The notes under the pieces were generated by a model that saw nothing but the letters and a program-made list of their open reading frames with translations, had not been told where the DNA came from and ran no database searches. From an uncultured bacterium (lineage in GTDB: Bacteria > Patescibacteriota > Minisyncoccia > Phycocordibacterales > GCA-2401445): a DNA stretch of 64,000 nt. Shown piece by piece: positions 28,050-37,877 of the stretch (positions are counted from its first letter, which is position 1; the number at the start of each line of letters is the position of its first letter). The stretch covers positions 398,661 through 462,660 of the forward strand of contig CALFYW010000016.1 of NCBI GenBank assembly GCA_937952265.1, read 5' to 3'. The position numbers and the translations under genes were made by a program.

Positions 28050-28739
28050 ATGAAGAAATCAGGTACATTTTTTGTAGTGGGGACACCTATTGGAAATCTT
28101 AAAGATATTACATTACGTGCGATTGAAGTATTAACGCAAGTACAGTTGATTCTCTGTGAAGATACTCGCGTTACAAAAAAATTACTCGCGCATTATCATA
28201 TTGTCCAACCAACGGCTACTTTTCACGCGCATAGTCAGCACCGTATATTTGAACGAATCCTCTCTGATTTAGAAGAAGGAAAAGACATTGCATTAGTTTC
28301 AGATGCGGGAATGCCGGGCGTTTCTGACCCTGGAGAGCGTCTGGTCGCGTTTATTCGAGAGCGATCCCCAGAAATTTCTATTGTTTCAATCCCTGGACCG
28401 AGCGCCGTGCTGAGCGCGTTATCAGTTAGTGGCATTCCGTCATCCGAGTTTGTTTTTTTAGGTTTTCTGCCCCATAAGAAGGGAAGGAATACACGCTTAG
28501 CGGAGATCGCGGACTCAAAGCGCGTCATTGTTTTTTACGAATCAGTCCACCGAATTGAAAAGACACTTTACGCTTTAAAGGAAAGCATACCAGAACGTTA
28601 CGCAGTAGTTTCTCGTGAGCTCACTAAACTACATGAGGAATCAGTGTCGGGGAGTATGGAGTACCTTTATGAATATTTCAAAAAACACCCCGATCATATA
28701 CGCGGCGAATTTACTATTGTGGTCTCACCAAAAAAATAG
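28050..28739 (+). CDS. rsmI: 16S rRNA (cytidine1402-2'-O)-methyltransferase RsmI (tetrapyrrole-methylase fold).
   Basis: FFVVGTPIGNLKDITLRAIEVL...LILCEDTRVTKKLL is the RsmI N-terminal signature. Confidence 0.8.
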   Translation: MKKSGTFFVVGTPIGNLKDITLRAIEVLTQVQLILCEDTRVTKKLLAHYHIVQPTATFHAHSQHRIFERILSDLEEGKDIALVSDAGMPGVSDPGERLVAFIRERSPEISIVSIPGPSAVLSALSVSGIPSSEFVFLGFLPHKKGRNTRLAEIADSKRVIVFYESVHRIEKTLYALKESIPERYAVVSRELTKLHEESVSGSMEYLYEYFKKHPDHIRGEFTIVVSPKK

Positions 28740-28766
28740 ACCCACTGTCTTTTGTTGACTATGGGT

Positions 28767-29171
28767 CTAAGTGATGGTGACGACCTCTTCTTCACTAATA
28801 TTCTCACAATCCCCAGGGGGGAATAAGGTGAGAATTTCTTTAGATGAGGTGGTAATTACTACTCGTTTGTTCGGAAGCGTGGTGATTTTCGTCGGAGTGA
28901 ATTTCATTTCATAATGCTCTCTTCTAAAAAAGTGCTTCCGTGCAATGTTTCGAAAGAACCGAAATGTTCGGGTGAGTTTTGAACCAGCCTCTTTCTCAGC
29001 ATAGGCGTACCACTGAAGCGTAATCACAAGCTCGTCTTTCGGGCTAATCGAGATAACCTCGATTGGGCCATGGAGAAGTTCTCCATAGGCCGTCTGAAGA
29101 CGAATTTGTTTGGCATCAAGCAGTTTCTCGTTCTTTGGGCGGTTTTTCCATGCAAAACTTGGCATTGGCAA
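28767..29171 (-). CDS. Hypothetical protein.
   Basis: 134 aa ORF divergent from the downstream + strand genes. No recognisable motif. Confidence 0.35.
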   Translation of the reverse strand: MPMPSFAWKNRPKNEKLLDAKQIRLQTAYGELLHGPIEVISISPKDELVITLQWYAYAEKEAGSKLTRTFRFFRNIARKHFFRREHYEMKFTPTKITTLPNKRVVITTSSKEILTLFPPGDCENISEEEVVTIT

Positions 29172-29284
29172 ATCACCTCCTTTCTCTTACTACTGTAGTG
29201 TGCTTACTCCAAGAAGTCAATTTTAACAGTAGAGATATTGTGGAAATCCTCCTATGGTATACTAGAGCTATTATTTTTTAAATT

Positions 29285-29545
29285 ATGATTTCCATGCGTA
29301 CTTACCGCCCCATCATTATTTTAGGTGTTCTTGTTGCATTAGTACCTTATATCGGGATTCCTTTTGAGTGGCGCAATACGCTTTTGGTTTTTCTCGGTGT
29401 CATGATTATCTTTTTTGGTTTAGTGGTTCGTCACCGTTCACCGAGTCAATATAAGCGTGTTTCAACTGACACCTATACAGAGCAAGAGAGAGACACGGTT
29501 TCAAATTCAAGAGAGGATATGTTTGAAACAAGTTCTGATCATTAA
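29285..29545 (+). CDS. Small hypothetical membrane protein (2 TM).
   Basis: 86 aa with two hydrophobic helices and a charged tail. Confidence 0.35.
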   Translation: MISMRTYRPIIILGVLVALVPYIGIPFEWRNTLLVFLGVMIIFFGLVVRHRSPSQYKRVSTDTYTEQERDTVSNSREDMFETSSDH

Positions 29546-29574
29546 TTTTAATCATCTTAAGCCCCTAAGATATT

Positions 29575-30822
29575 GTGTCGCGACGCAATTTTCTCATAAG
29601 TAAGAAAAAATACGGAGTTTTTTTAATAATGAGCCTCGGTGTCGTGAGCGTCTTTCTGTTTGTGTTTTTGGTAATTCCAGACCTCTCTTCAATCACCTAT
29701 GGATCACCAGAAAAAGAGACAGCATCCATTTCAGTAAGAGAAGTTGTAAATACAGAACCATTAGTGAAAGAAGTGCTGCACCTCCCCACACCTCAAGAGG
29801 TAAAGGGGATTTATATGACAAGTTGGGTTGCAGGAACCCCATCTCTTCGGGATGAGCTCATTGCGCTCATTGAAGAAACCGAACTCAATAGTCTGGTTCT
29901 TGATATTAAGGATTATAGTGGAAAGATCGCGTTCAATGTATCTGACCCACTGCTTCTCTCGTACGGGGCTGTTGAAGAGAGGATTCCTGATATCAAAGAG
30001 TTAATCCGTGATTTGCACGATCGAGGTATTTACGTGATTGGAAGAATCTCTGTCTTTCAAGATCCGCATCTTGCGCACCATCGCCCCGACCTCGCGGTGT
30101 TACGAGAGAGTGATGGCAAGGTGTGGCGCGATTACAAAGGTCTCTCATGGCTTGATCCTGGGTCCCCTGAGGTTTGGAAGTATATTATTGCCCTCGCGCG
30201 TGAATCACACGAGCTCGGTTTTGATGAAATTAATTTTGATTATATTCGATTCCCTTCAGACGGAAATATGAAAGATATTTATTATCCTTGGAGTGAGGAA
30301 TCAATAAATGCATTTAAGCCCGCATCAAGCACGGAGAGTATTATACGGACAGGGAAATCCGATATTATTCGCCGTTTTGGGGAATATGCAAAAAAAGAGA
30401 TGCAAGGCACGGGCGCCGTGCTTTCTGCTGATTTTTTTGGTATGACTGCTACCAATATCGATGATTTAAATATTGGACAATTGCTTGAGAACGCGCTCGA
30501 AGCATTTGATTATGTCTCGCCTATGGTCTATCCATCTCATTATCCTTCAGGATTTCTTGGGTATCAAAACCCTGCTTCATTTCCTTATGAGATAGTCCAT
30601 TACTCAATGGAGCGCGCGGCTGCACGGGCGAGCACTACCCCAGAGAAGATCAGGCCGTGGCTTCAGGATTTTGATTTAGGTGCAGATTATTCGGGAGCAG
30701 AGGTTCGTGCGCAAATACAGGCAACCTATGATGCGGGCCTTACAAGCTGGCTATTGTGGAATGCATCGAATCGCTACACCAGAAGCGGTCTCGAGCCATC
30801 TGAGGAAGTATTGACGCGGTGA
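29575..30822 (+). CDS. Putative TIM-barrel glycoside-hydrolase-like protein (DUF4015/GHL family) with a signal anchor.
   Basis: The N-terminal TM and motifs WLDPGSPEVWKYIIALARE and GFDEINFDYIRFPSDG resemble GHL/DUF4015 proteins from memory. The track start at 29575 is GTG; an ATG at 29629 is an alternative. Confidence 0.4.
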   Translation: MSRRNFLISKKKYGVFLIMSLGVVSVFLFVFLVIPDLSSITYGSPEKETASISVREVVNTEPLVKEVLHLPTPQEVKGIYMTSWVAGTPSLRDELIALIEETELNSLVLDIKDYSGKIAFNVSDPLLLSYGAVEERIPDIKELIRDLHDRGIYVIGRISVFQDPHLAHHRPDLAVLRESDGKVWRDYKGLSWLDPGSPEVWKYIIALARESHELGFDEINFDYIRFPSDGNMKDIYYPWSEESINAFKPASSTESIIRTGKSDIIRRFGEYAKKEMQGTGAVLSADFFGMTATNIDDLNIGQLLENALEAFDYVSPMVYPSHYPSGFLGYQNPASFPYEIVHYSMERAAARASTTPEKIRPWLQDFDLGADYSGAEVRAQIQATYDAGLTSWLLWNASNRYTRSGLEPSEEVLTR

Positions 30823-31128
30823 GTGATGAGGCATACTATGATCTATAGACCATAGGGAGCGCAATTGCTACTCTCACTATGTATGGTTTCTTAACGTTCA
30901 TGCGAAAGGGCGAAAGGAATGCAATGAAGAGGAGAAACACCAAAAAGAAGAAGGTGTCGCGCGGGGATGATAGCAGTGATGCAGGCGGTGACGAAATACA
31001 CCAGAAAGGTTGTGTCATTGTCTGCAAGTCTCCTCTGTCTGCTGGGGAAGTATTTTCCCCGGGAAGTAGCTCGCGTCATCGTGAAAGGTTTTATCTCCAC
31101 GAATGATTGATGGGCACACTCAGTAAAA

Positions 31129-31173
31129 GCCCTAACCGTGTTTCGATTTTGTATACACGGTTAGGGCTTTTTT
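31129..31173 (+). terminator. Strong hairpin plus T-run (12-bp stem gccctaaccgtg / cacggttagggc, 15-nt loop, TTTTTT), ending 3 nt before the ATG of the VirD4-like gene.
   Basis: Read directly from the sequence. It overlaps the 5' part of the track ORF 31107..32948, so the real start of that gene must lie downstream at 31176. Confidence 0.6.
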
Positions 31174-31175
31174 GC

Positions 31176-32948
31176 ATGTCTGATTTAACCTATACTGTAT
31201 ATATGGTTAAAGAAAATACGATCACCTTTTTTGCTCAAACTGATTCCCGAAATCGAAAGATTCCTTTTGGAATCAAATCTCATGATCGTACGAAGCACAT
31301 GTATGTTATCGGGAAAACCGGTATGGGAAAATCAACGCTTCTCGAAAATATGGTAGTGCAGGATATTCAGAATGGAGAAGGGGTTGCGTTTATTGATCCG
31401 CATGGAAAATCTGCAGAACTGCTTCTTGATTATGTACCACGAGAGCGAATCAATGATGTACTTTATTTCGCGCCGTTTGATATGGAGCATCCAGTTTCTT
31501 TCAATGTAATGGAGGATGTGGGTGCTGATAAACGTCATTTGGTCGCTAATGGTTTGATGAGTGCGTTCAAGAAAATCTGGGTTGACGCATGGTCGGCCCG
31601 AATGGAATATATTTTAAATAATATCCTCCTTGCATTGCTTGAGTATCCCGGTTCGACACTCATTGGGGTTAATCGGATGCTTGCAGATAAAGACTATCGA
31701 AAGAAGGTGGTTGAGAATATCACTGATCCCTCGGTCCGGTCATTCTGGATTGATGAATTTGCTCGATATGGCGATCGATATATGCAAGAAGCTGGGGCCG
31801 CAATTCAAAATAAAATTGGCCAATTTATTTCGAACCCGCTTGTCCGTAATATTATCGGCCAACCGAAATCAACCTTCGATATTCGCACACTCATGGATGA
31901 TCGGAAGATTTTAGTGATCAACCTTTCTAAGGGGCGCGTCGGTGAGGCAAACGCAAATCTTTTAGGGAGTATGATCATTACTAAGATCTATCTTGCGGCT
32001 ATGTCTCGAGCAGATGTGCACGATAAGGTGCTTCAAACACTGCCCAACTTTTATTTATATGTTGATGAATTCCAGTCTTTTGCGAACGAATCCTTTGCGG
32101 ATATTCTTTCTGAGGCCAGGAAGTACAAACTTAATTTAACGATTGCGCATCAATATATTGAACAGATGTCGGATGAGGTACGAGCTGCGGTGTTTGGTAA
32201 TGTTGGAACCATGATTACGTTTCGGGTTGGCGCCTATGACGCGGAAGTGCTCGAAAAAGAATTTTCTCCGCAATTTAGCGCTCAGGATTTAGTGAATTTA
32301 GGATTTGCGCAGATTTATTTGAAACTCATGATTGATGGTATCAGCTCGCACCCATTCTCTGCGACCACACTAACTCCTATTGCGCCACCCCCGGAAAGTT
32401 TTAAAGAAAAAATTATCACACATTCTCGAGAAACTTTTGCTCGGCCGAGAGCAGAGGTTGAAAAAGAGATACGCGATTGGCATCAACCCGAATCAGTAAC
32501 TACAGAACAAAGAAATCAAAAGCGAGAAGGAGGTAGTGGGGGAAATTATCACCGCGGTAAGACGGGAGTTTTGCCTCAAAAAGAAGAAGAGAAAAAAAGA
32601 GAAATCTCAAATTATCAGACCCCTCGTTCGGTAATGGTTCCGCTTGATTCATTAAAGAAGAAAAATCATCAAAAAGGTGGAGAAGGGCATTCGAAACCCT
32701 TAATGAACAAAAACCCTTCACCAAAAAATATGTCTGCATTGCGGGAGGCGCTTTCAAGGGCTATGGAAAAACATGAGGAAGATAAAAAAGAAAATCAGAA
32801 ATTAAATCCCGAGAAGAAAGAAGAAGCACCAGAATCAATTCTGAAGGAGAGGGAAAAAGAAATGCGTCCTTTTGTACCCCCTCGGCGCGAGATCCCGGAA
32901 GAAGCATTAAGAAAGGTTCTTGATGTTCCAAAGCCGGAAAAGCAATGA
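31176..32948 (+). CDS. P-loop ATPase of the VirD4/TraD/TrwB (type IV coupling protein) or DUF87 superfamily, with a ~170 aa K/E-rich disordered C-terminal tail.
   Basis: Walker A VIGKTGMGKST, Walker B FYLYVDEFQSF and LVINLSKGRVGE. The C-terminal third is low-complexity, K/E/R-rich. Confidence 0.5.
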   Translation: MSDLTYTVYMVKENTITFFAQTDSRNRKIPFGIKSHDRTKHMYVIGKTGMGKSTLLENMVVQDIQNGEGVAFIDPHGKSAELLLDYVPRERINDVLYFAPFDMEHPVSFNVMEDVGADKRHLVANGLMSAFKKIWVDAWSARMEYILNNILLALLEYPGSTLIGVNRMLADKDYRKKVVENITDPSVRSFWIDEFARYGDRYMQEAGAAIQNKIGQFISNPLVRNIIGQPKSTFDIRTLMDDRKILVINLSKGRVGEANANLLGSMIITKIYLAAMSRADVHDKVLQTLPNFYLYVDEFQSFANESFADILSEARKYKLNLTIAHQYIEQMSDEVRAAVFGNVGTMITFRVGAYDAEVLEKEFSPQFSAQDLVNLGFAQIYLKLMIDGISSHPFSATTLTPIAPPPESFKEKIITHSRETFARPRAEVEKEIRDWHQPESVTTEQRNQKREGGSGGNYHRGKTGVLPQKEEEKKREISNYQTPRSVMVPLDSLKKKNHQKGGEGHSKPLMNKNPSPKNMSALREALSRAMEKHEEDKKENQKLNPEKKEEAPESILKEREKEMRPFVPPRREIPEEALRKVLDVPKPEKQ

Positions 32949-34447
32949 AAAGTTTTTGTTTCTACCTCGGTATCATAGTAGGGTGTTCTATTTTCCCGTT
33001 TTCCGCGGAGGCGCTCGTGGTTACTGAAATCATGTATGATCTGCCAGCAGGAGATGCCGGGCATGAATGGATTGAAGTATACAACGATAGTGATACTGAG
33101 ATTGACCTTACCCTCTGGAGGTTTTTCGAAGGAGAGCAAGGTCACTTAATAAAAAATGCTTCTGGGAATCCACCACTTCCCCCTCAAGGGATTGCCATCA
33201 TTGCGGATAATGAAGCGCAATTCAGAGCAGATTGGCCGTCATTTTCTGGAAGTCTCTTTGATAGTAGTTTTTCTTTGCACAATACTGGTGAAGAGCTTTC
33301 ATTTAAAGATGAAAATGGATTAGTGCATGGAAAAATCACCTATGCTTCAGAGTGGGGCGGGTCTGGCGATGGGAACTCCCTCTCTCTTTTTCAGGGGGCG
33401 TGGCATGGCAGGAGTCCTTCGCCAGGCACTTTTGATAAAACATCCGATGATACGAGCGGGACTTCCCAAGATCAAGATGGGTCACATGAATCTAGTTCTT
33501 CAGAAACTATTGATCCAGTAGCGAAGCCAAAGAAAGAATCACAAGCATCATTTGTGGTGCCCAATATTTATGCTGAAGCACACATGAATCAACGAGCAGT
33601 TGTGGGTGCGCAGAGTGAGTTTACTGCGGATGTGTTTGGGCTTCAAGGAGAACCAATTGACAATGCTCGATTTTTATGGAATTTTGGAGATGGTTCAGTT
33701 CAGGAAGGGAAGCGTGTTTACCACGCCTATGAGTATCCCGGTTCTTATGTGGTGGTGCTTTCCGTGAGCGCGGGGAAATACCATGTTACTGATCGTGGAG
33801 AGATAGTAGCAGTGTCTTCTCCAATCAATGTAAGTAATGCGGTAAGTATGGGGAATGAAGGGTTTATTGAGGTTTCTAATACAGGGGATTTTGAGATTGA
33901 TATATCTCGTTGGATCCTATCTCACGAAGATCGACATTATGTGTTTCCCAAATATAGCATCATTCGGGCTCGTGCCGAGACGCGTTTTCCCTTAAAGACA
34001 ACCCTTATTGCCTTAAATCAGGCATCTCCTATTGTACTCTCGTATCCAAATGGCATTACTGCATCGACATATCATTTTCCTATCTTACGCACCGCAGATC
34101 ATGAAGGTACGGTGGTTCCGGATGTGGTACGAAGAGAAGTGGTATCAATAGAATCATCGAATATCCAAAGTGGGGCGAATATCGCACCTGCTTCCTTAAG
34201 CCAGAGCGCATCCGTAGCGTTTACAATTCCTGGTGAGAGCGAGTTATCAGAATTGAGCACCTCATCAGACGATGGCTCTCGTGCTGAAGCTTTGATTCAG
34301 ACTGAAATTGAAACCAATGAGACGTCAGGGAATTCTCTCGCGTGGATTCTCGCATTTACCTTTATCGTGGTGATTTCGGTACTCGGCATTATTTTTATTC
34401 GACGAGAAAAACAAGATGAAGATAATGACATTACCTTATTAGATTGA
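32945..34447 (+). CDS. Lamin-tail-domain (LTD) surface protein with a signal peptide and a C-terminal TM anchor.
   Basis: VVTEIMYDLPAGDAGHEWIEVYN...DLTLW is the LTD signature. A second beta-rich region and a C-terminal hydrophobic anchor (LAWILAFTFIVVISVLGIIFI) follow. The ATGA junction with the upstream ATPase gene indicates translational coupling. Confidence 0.6.
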   Translation: MKSFCFYLGIIVGCSIFPFSAEALVVTEIMYDLPAGDAGHEWIEVYNDSDTEIDLTLWRFFEGEQGHLIKNASGNPPLPPQGIAIIADNEAQFRADWPSFSGSLFDSSFSLHNTGEELSFKDENGLVHGKITYASEWGGSGDGNSLSLFQGAWHGRSPSPGTFDKTSDDTSGTSQDQDGSHESSSSETIDPVAKPKKESQASFVVPNIYAEAHMNQRAVVGAQSEFTADVFGLQGEPIDNARFLWNFGDGSVQEGKRVYHAYEYPGSYVVVLSVSAGKYHVTDRGEIVAVSSPINVSNAVSMGNEGFIEVSNTGDFEIDISRWILSHEDRHYVFPKYSIIRARAETRFPLKTTLIALNQASPIVLSYPNGITASTYHFPILRTADHEGTVVPDVVRREVVSIESSNIQSGANIAPASLSQSASVAFTIPGESELSELSTSSDDGSRAEALIQTEIETNETSGNSLAWILAFTFIVVISVLGIIFIRREKQDEDNDITLLD

Positions 34448-34448
34448 T

Positions 34449-35612
34449 ATGAAGCATATTTTGATTTTTAGTACAAATTATCTACCCTCTCTCGGCGGTG
34501 CGGAGATTGCCGTAAAAGAGATTACGGATCGTATTCCTCGTGATCAATATTCATTCTCCATGATTACGGCTCGAATGTCTCGAAAAAATCCGGCACAAGA
34601 AGTTGTTGGAAACATCTCCGTATATCGGGTTGGGTTTGGTATTTGGTTTGATAAATTCCTTTTACCTTTTTTGGGAATGCGCGTTGCGCGTTCAATACAT
34701 AGCAGACAGCCGATCTCTCTTTTGTGGTCAATTATGGCAAGTCAGGGAGGAATTGCGGCGGTGCGTTTTAAACGCGTATTTCCAAAAATGAAGCTCCTGC
34801 TCACCCTTCAAGAAGGTGATGAAGAGACGCATCTCAGGCGCTATGTACTCGGTATTACATTTTTATACCGTCTTTTTATTCAACCTTTCTATCATTCAGT
34901 TTTTTTTGCCGCCGATTCAATTACGGTAATTAGTAACTATTTGAAAGCGCGTGCGGAGAGAATTGGGGTCCAGGTTCCAATTATCCGGATTCCAAATGGG
35001 GTAGATGTGGCACATTTCGAAAACCATGATTCTTGTTCAAAAGAAGTGTATCAAGGCAAAAAGGAAGGTGTCCGTTATCTTGTTACCGTATCACGTCTGG
35101 TGGAAAAGAATGGAGTCGATGATTTAATTAGCGCTTTTGCGCTACTTCCGAATACGACTCGTCTGGTGATTATCGGTACTGGTAAAGAGTATAAAAGGTT
35201 GTTACAGCAAACAATGCGGTTGGGAGTTAAAGATCGCGTTGATTTCTTAGGTATGATTCAGCACGAGATACTCCCGTGTTATTTAAAAGACGCGGATGTA
35301 TTTGTTCGGACATCACGCTCTGAAGGATTAGGAAACGCATTCCTTGAAGCAATGGCATCAGGTATTCCGGTAGTTGGTACTCCTGTTGGAGGTATTACTG
35401 ATTTTCTTCAACATAGGGTTACTGGATTTATAGCCCGTGTCGGAGATCCGGATGACATTAAACAGAAGATCCTATCCGCGTTAGAGGAAAATGAGTCGCG
35501 TTTACAAATACTGAATAACGCCCGTGCTTTGATCGATCGAGAGTATAAATGGAGTGTTATCGTCTCTCGCTTTGAGAAAGAAGTCCTTGATAAACTCACC
35601 ATGGGTCAGTAG
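34449..35612 (+). CDS. Glycosyltransferase family 4 (GT-B).
   Basis: C-terminal RTSRSEGLGNAFLEAMASGIPVVGT (E-x7-E) motif. Confidence 0.75.
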   Translation: MKHILIFSTNYLPSLGGAEIAVKEITDRIPRDQYSFSMITARMSRKNPAQEVVGNISVYRVGFGIWFDKFLLPFLGMRVARSIHSRQPISLLWSIMASQGGIAAVRFKRVFPKMKLLLTLQEGDEETHLRRYVLGITFLYRLFIQPFYHSVFFAADSITVISNYLKARAERIGVQVPIIRIPNGVDVAHFENHDSCSKEVYQGKKEGVRYLVTVSRLVEKNGVDDLISAFALLPNTTRLVIIGTGKEYKRLLQQTMRLGVKDRVDFLGMIQHEILPCYLKDADVFVRTSRSEGLGNAFLEAMASGIPVVGTPVGGITDFLQHRVTGFIARVGDPDDIKQKILSALEENESRLQILNNARALIDREYKWSVIVSRFEKEVLDKLTMGQ

Positions 35613-35634
35613 TATTGGCAGGGGTTTAAACGTT

Positions 35635-36744
35635 ATGGATTATAAAAATAAACGACGAATTCTTATTGCAACGGGTATCTTTCCTCCTGATATTGGAGGG
35701 CCTGCAACCTATAGTGCGTTACTAGAGAAAGAGCTTACCACTCGAGGTTTTACCGTAAACATCGCATCATTTTCTTCGGTGAGAAAATGGCCTCGCCTGA
35801 TTCGGCATAGTATCTTTTTTTTACGAGTGATAAAACGGGCGTGCTCTGCTGATACTGTTTTTGCCCAGGATCCAGTGAGTGTTGGATTCCCCGCATATTG
35901 CGCGGCGCGACTGTGTAGGCGTCGATTTGTCCTCAAGGTGGTAGGAGATTATGCATGGGAGCAGTATGCGTTAGCACATCCTCATAATTTCCCTACGATT
36001 GAAGATTTTCAGCACCTTTCTCTCGGTGGTATCACACTGCTTCGTCGCACGATAGAGCGATTTGTGGCTCGACACGCAGATGCGGTTGTGGTACCAAGCA
36101 TGTTTCTCAAGAAAATCATATTATCATGGGGGGTCTCAGCTGAACGGGTGCATGTGATTTACAATGCAGCCAATCTCCCAGATAGAGAGAATCATGATCC
36201 CCTCCTTTCAATCCCAGAAGGAGAACCGCTATTAATGAGTGCGGGACGAGAGGTTCCTTGGAAAGGCTTCGATCAGATTATTGACTCATTAACATTACTC
36301 GAGAAGAAATTTCCTCGCGTTAAACTTCTGCTTATTGGTGATGGGCCGGATCGGAGACGTCTTCAAGAAAAGGTAAGAGAACATAAAGTTGAACATCTGG
36401 TAGTGTTTCTAGGTAATTTAGAGAGAGAAACCCTCTTTAGGTATTTATCTTCTGCTGATATTTTTATTTTGAACACCCTCTATGAAGGTTTCCCTCATCA
36501 GATTCTTGAGGTTATGCATCTTGGTGTGCCTATTATTACGACTGATGTTGGTGGTATACGGGAATTAGTAGATGAGAGATCGGTGTGTTTTGTAAAGCCG
36601 AAAAATACCGAGGCATTGGTGAAAGCAGTAATATCAGTCCTTGGGGAATCTAGTATGAGAACGGAACGTATTGCCAACGCAAAAAAACGGGCAGCATCTT
36701 TTACAAGTCGTGATATGATTACTTCGCTTTTGCCACTCTTATGA
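35635..36744 (+). CDS. Glycosyltransferase family 4.
   Basis: EGFPHQILEVMHLGVPIITTDVGGIRELV. Start placed at the internal Met (MDYKNKRR) rather than the track start 35554, which overlaps the upstream gene. Confidence 0.7.
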   Translation: MDYKNKRRILIATGIFPPDIGGPATYSALLEKELTTRGFTVNIASFSSVRKWPRLIRHSIFFLRVIKRACSADTVFAQDPVSVGFPAYCAARLCRRRFVLKVVGDYAWEQYALAHPHNFPTIEDFQHLSLGGITLLRRTIERFVARHADAVVVPSMFLKKIILSWGVSAERVHVIYNAANLPDRENHDPLLSIPEGEPLLMSAGREVPWKGFDQIIDSLTLLEKKFPRVKLLLIGDGPDRRRLQEKVREHKVEHLVVFLGNLERETLFRYLSSADIFILNTLYEGFPHQILEVMHLGVPIITTDVGGIRELVDERSVCFVKPKNTEALVKAVISVLGESSMRTERIANAKKRAASFTSRDMITSLLPLL

Positions 36745-37877
36745 AATTGTTAATGATATCAAGTGATCAGAAAATATTTGAGGACAATAGTCCGGTACGG
36801 CAACGTATGGAAGCGTTTAGTAGTTCAGTTGACATGCTCCATATCTTAGTGATTGCGCGTCGCCATACCACTGAAGCGCCTGTTGTGTCTGGAAAGAAGA
36901 TGGTGATATATCCGATCACTATTAATTTTTGGGCTTTTAAGAAAATTTTTCTCGCGCTTCGAGAAGCGCGAGAAATCGTCCAAGCTGATATAACAGGGAG
37001 GTGGGTAGTCACTGCGCAAGACCCTTTTTTTATGGGGTTATTTGGATGGCTCATTGCGCGTAAAAAAATTCCACTTGAGCTTCAGGTGCACACTGATATT
37101 GGGAGTCCTTTTTTCGTCACAGAATCAATAATGAATCGAATAAAATTATCTCTTGCACGATTCCTCCTCCCGCGTGCGAGTCTTGTTCGTGTCGTATCAG
37201 TGCGTGTTAAAAATGCGCTCCTGCGTGATTTTAAGGTCTCTGAAGATCGTATTGTAGTATTGCCGGTATATGTGGATCCAAACCGAAGTGCTTTTCCCCA
37301 AGATGAGACCATGAAGAAACCGTATCCGATTACGATCCTCATGATGTCTCGACTTACCCCTGAAAAAGATTTTATCACCGCGCTCCGCGCATTTAAAATT
37401 GTCGCGCAAAAAAATCCAGACGCAGGGCTCCTTATCGTAGGGGATGGTCCAGACAAGAATCTCATTCAGAGGAAAGTTAATGATTTCTCACTTTTTCGAA
37501 AAGTTACTTTTTATCCGTGGAGTAGTGCGATTGGAACCTATTTTAAGCATGCTGATATTTTTCTGTTAACTTCTCGATATGAAGGATACGGAATGACTCT
37601 TATTGAAAGTGGGATGGCACGATGCCCGATTGTGACGACCGATGTTGGTATTGTTGGTGAACTTATTCAGGATCGCCAAAGTGCGCTCGTATGTCGCGTT
37701 GGAGACCATCGCTCTCTGGCACGAGCATTACAAGAGCTTATTGATGAACCTTCTCTGCGCGAAGCACTGCGCTCTCATTTTCGTGAATCTCTAACCCGAC
37801 ACCTTCCTGCGAACCAAGATATGTATCTTGCCCAATACAAACTCGCACTCCAGCGACTTTTTAGTGTTACCTTATGA
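36741..37877 (+). CDS. Glycosyltransferase family 4.
   Basis: SRYEGYGMTLIESGMARCPIVTTDVGIVGELI. ATGA overlap with the upstream gene. Confidence 0.75.
   Translation: MKLLMISSDQKIFEDNSPVRQRMEAFSSSVDMLHILVIARRHTTEAPVVSGKKMVIYPITINFWAFKKIFLALREAREIVQADITGRWVVTAQDPFFMGLFGWLIARKKIPLELQVHTDIGSPFFVTESIMNRIKLSLARFLLPRASLVRVVSVRVKNALLRDFKVSEDRIVVLPVYVDPNRSAFPQDETMKKPYPITILMMSRLTPEKDFITALRAFKIVAQKNPDAGLLIVGDGPDKNLIQRKVNDFSLFRKVTFYPWSSAIGTYFKHADIFLLTSRYEGYGMTLIESGMARCPIVTTDVGIVGELIQDRQSALVCRVGDHRSLARALQELIDEPSLREALRSHFRESLTRHLPANQDMYLAQYKLALQRLFSVTL

Noticed and set aside
31107-31175. Upstream start (31107) for the VirD4-like ATPase, as given in the ORF track
   Set aside because: The first 23 codons coincide with a 12-bp-stem terminator hairpin. 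The in-frame ATG at 31176 immediately after the T-run is more plausible.
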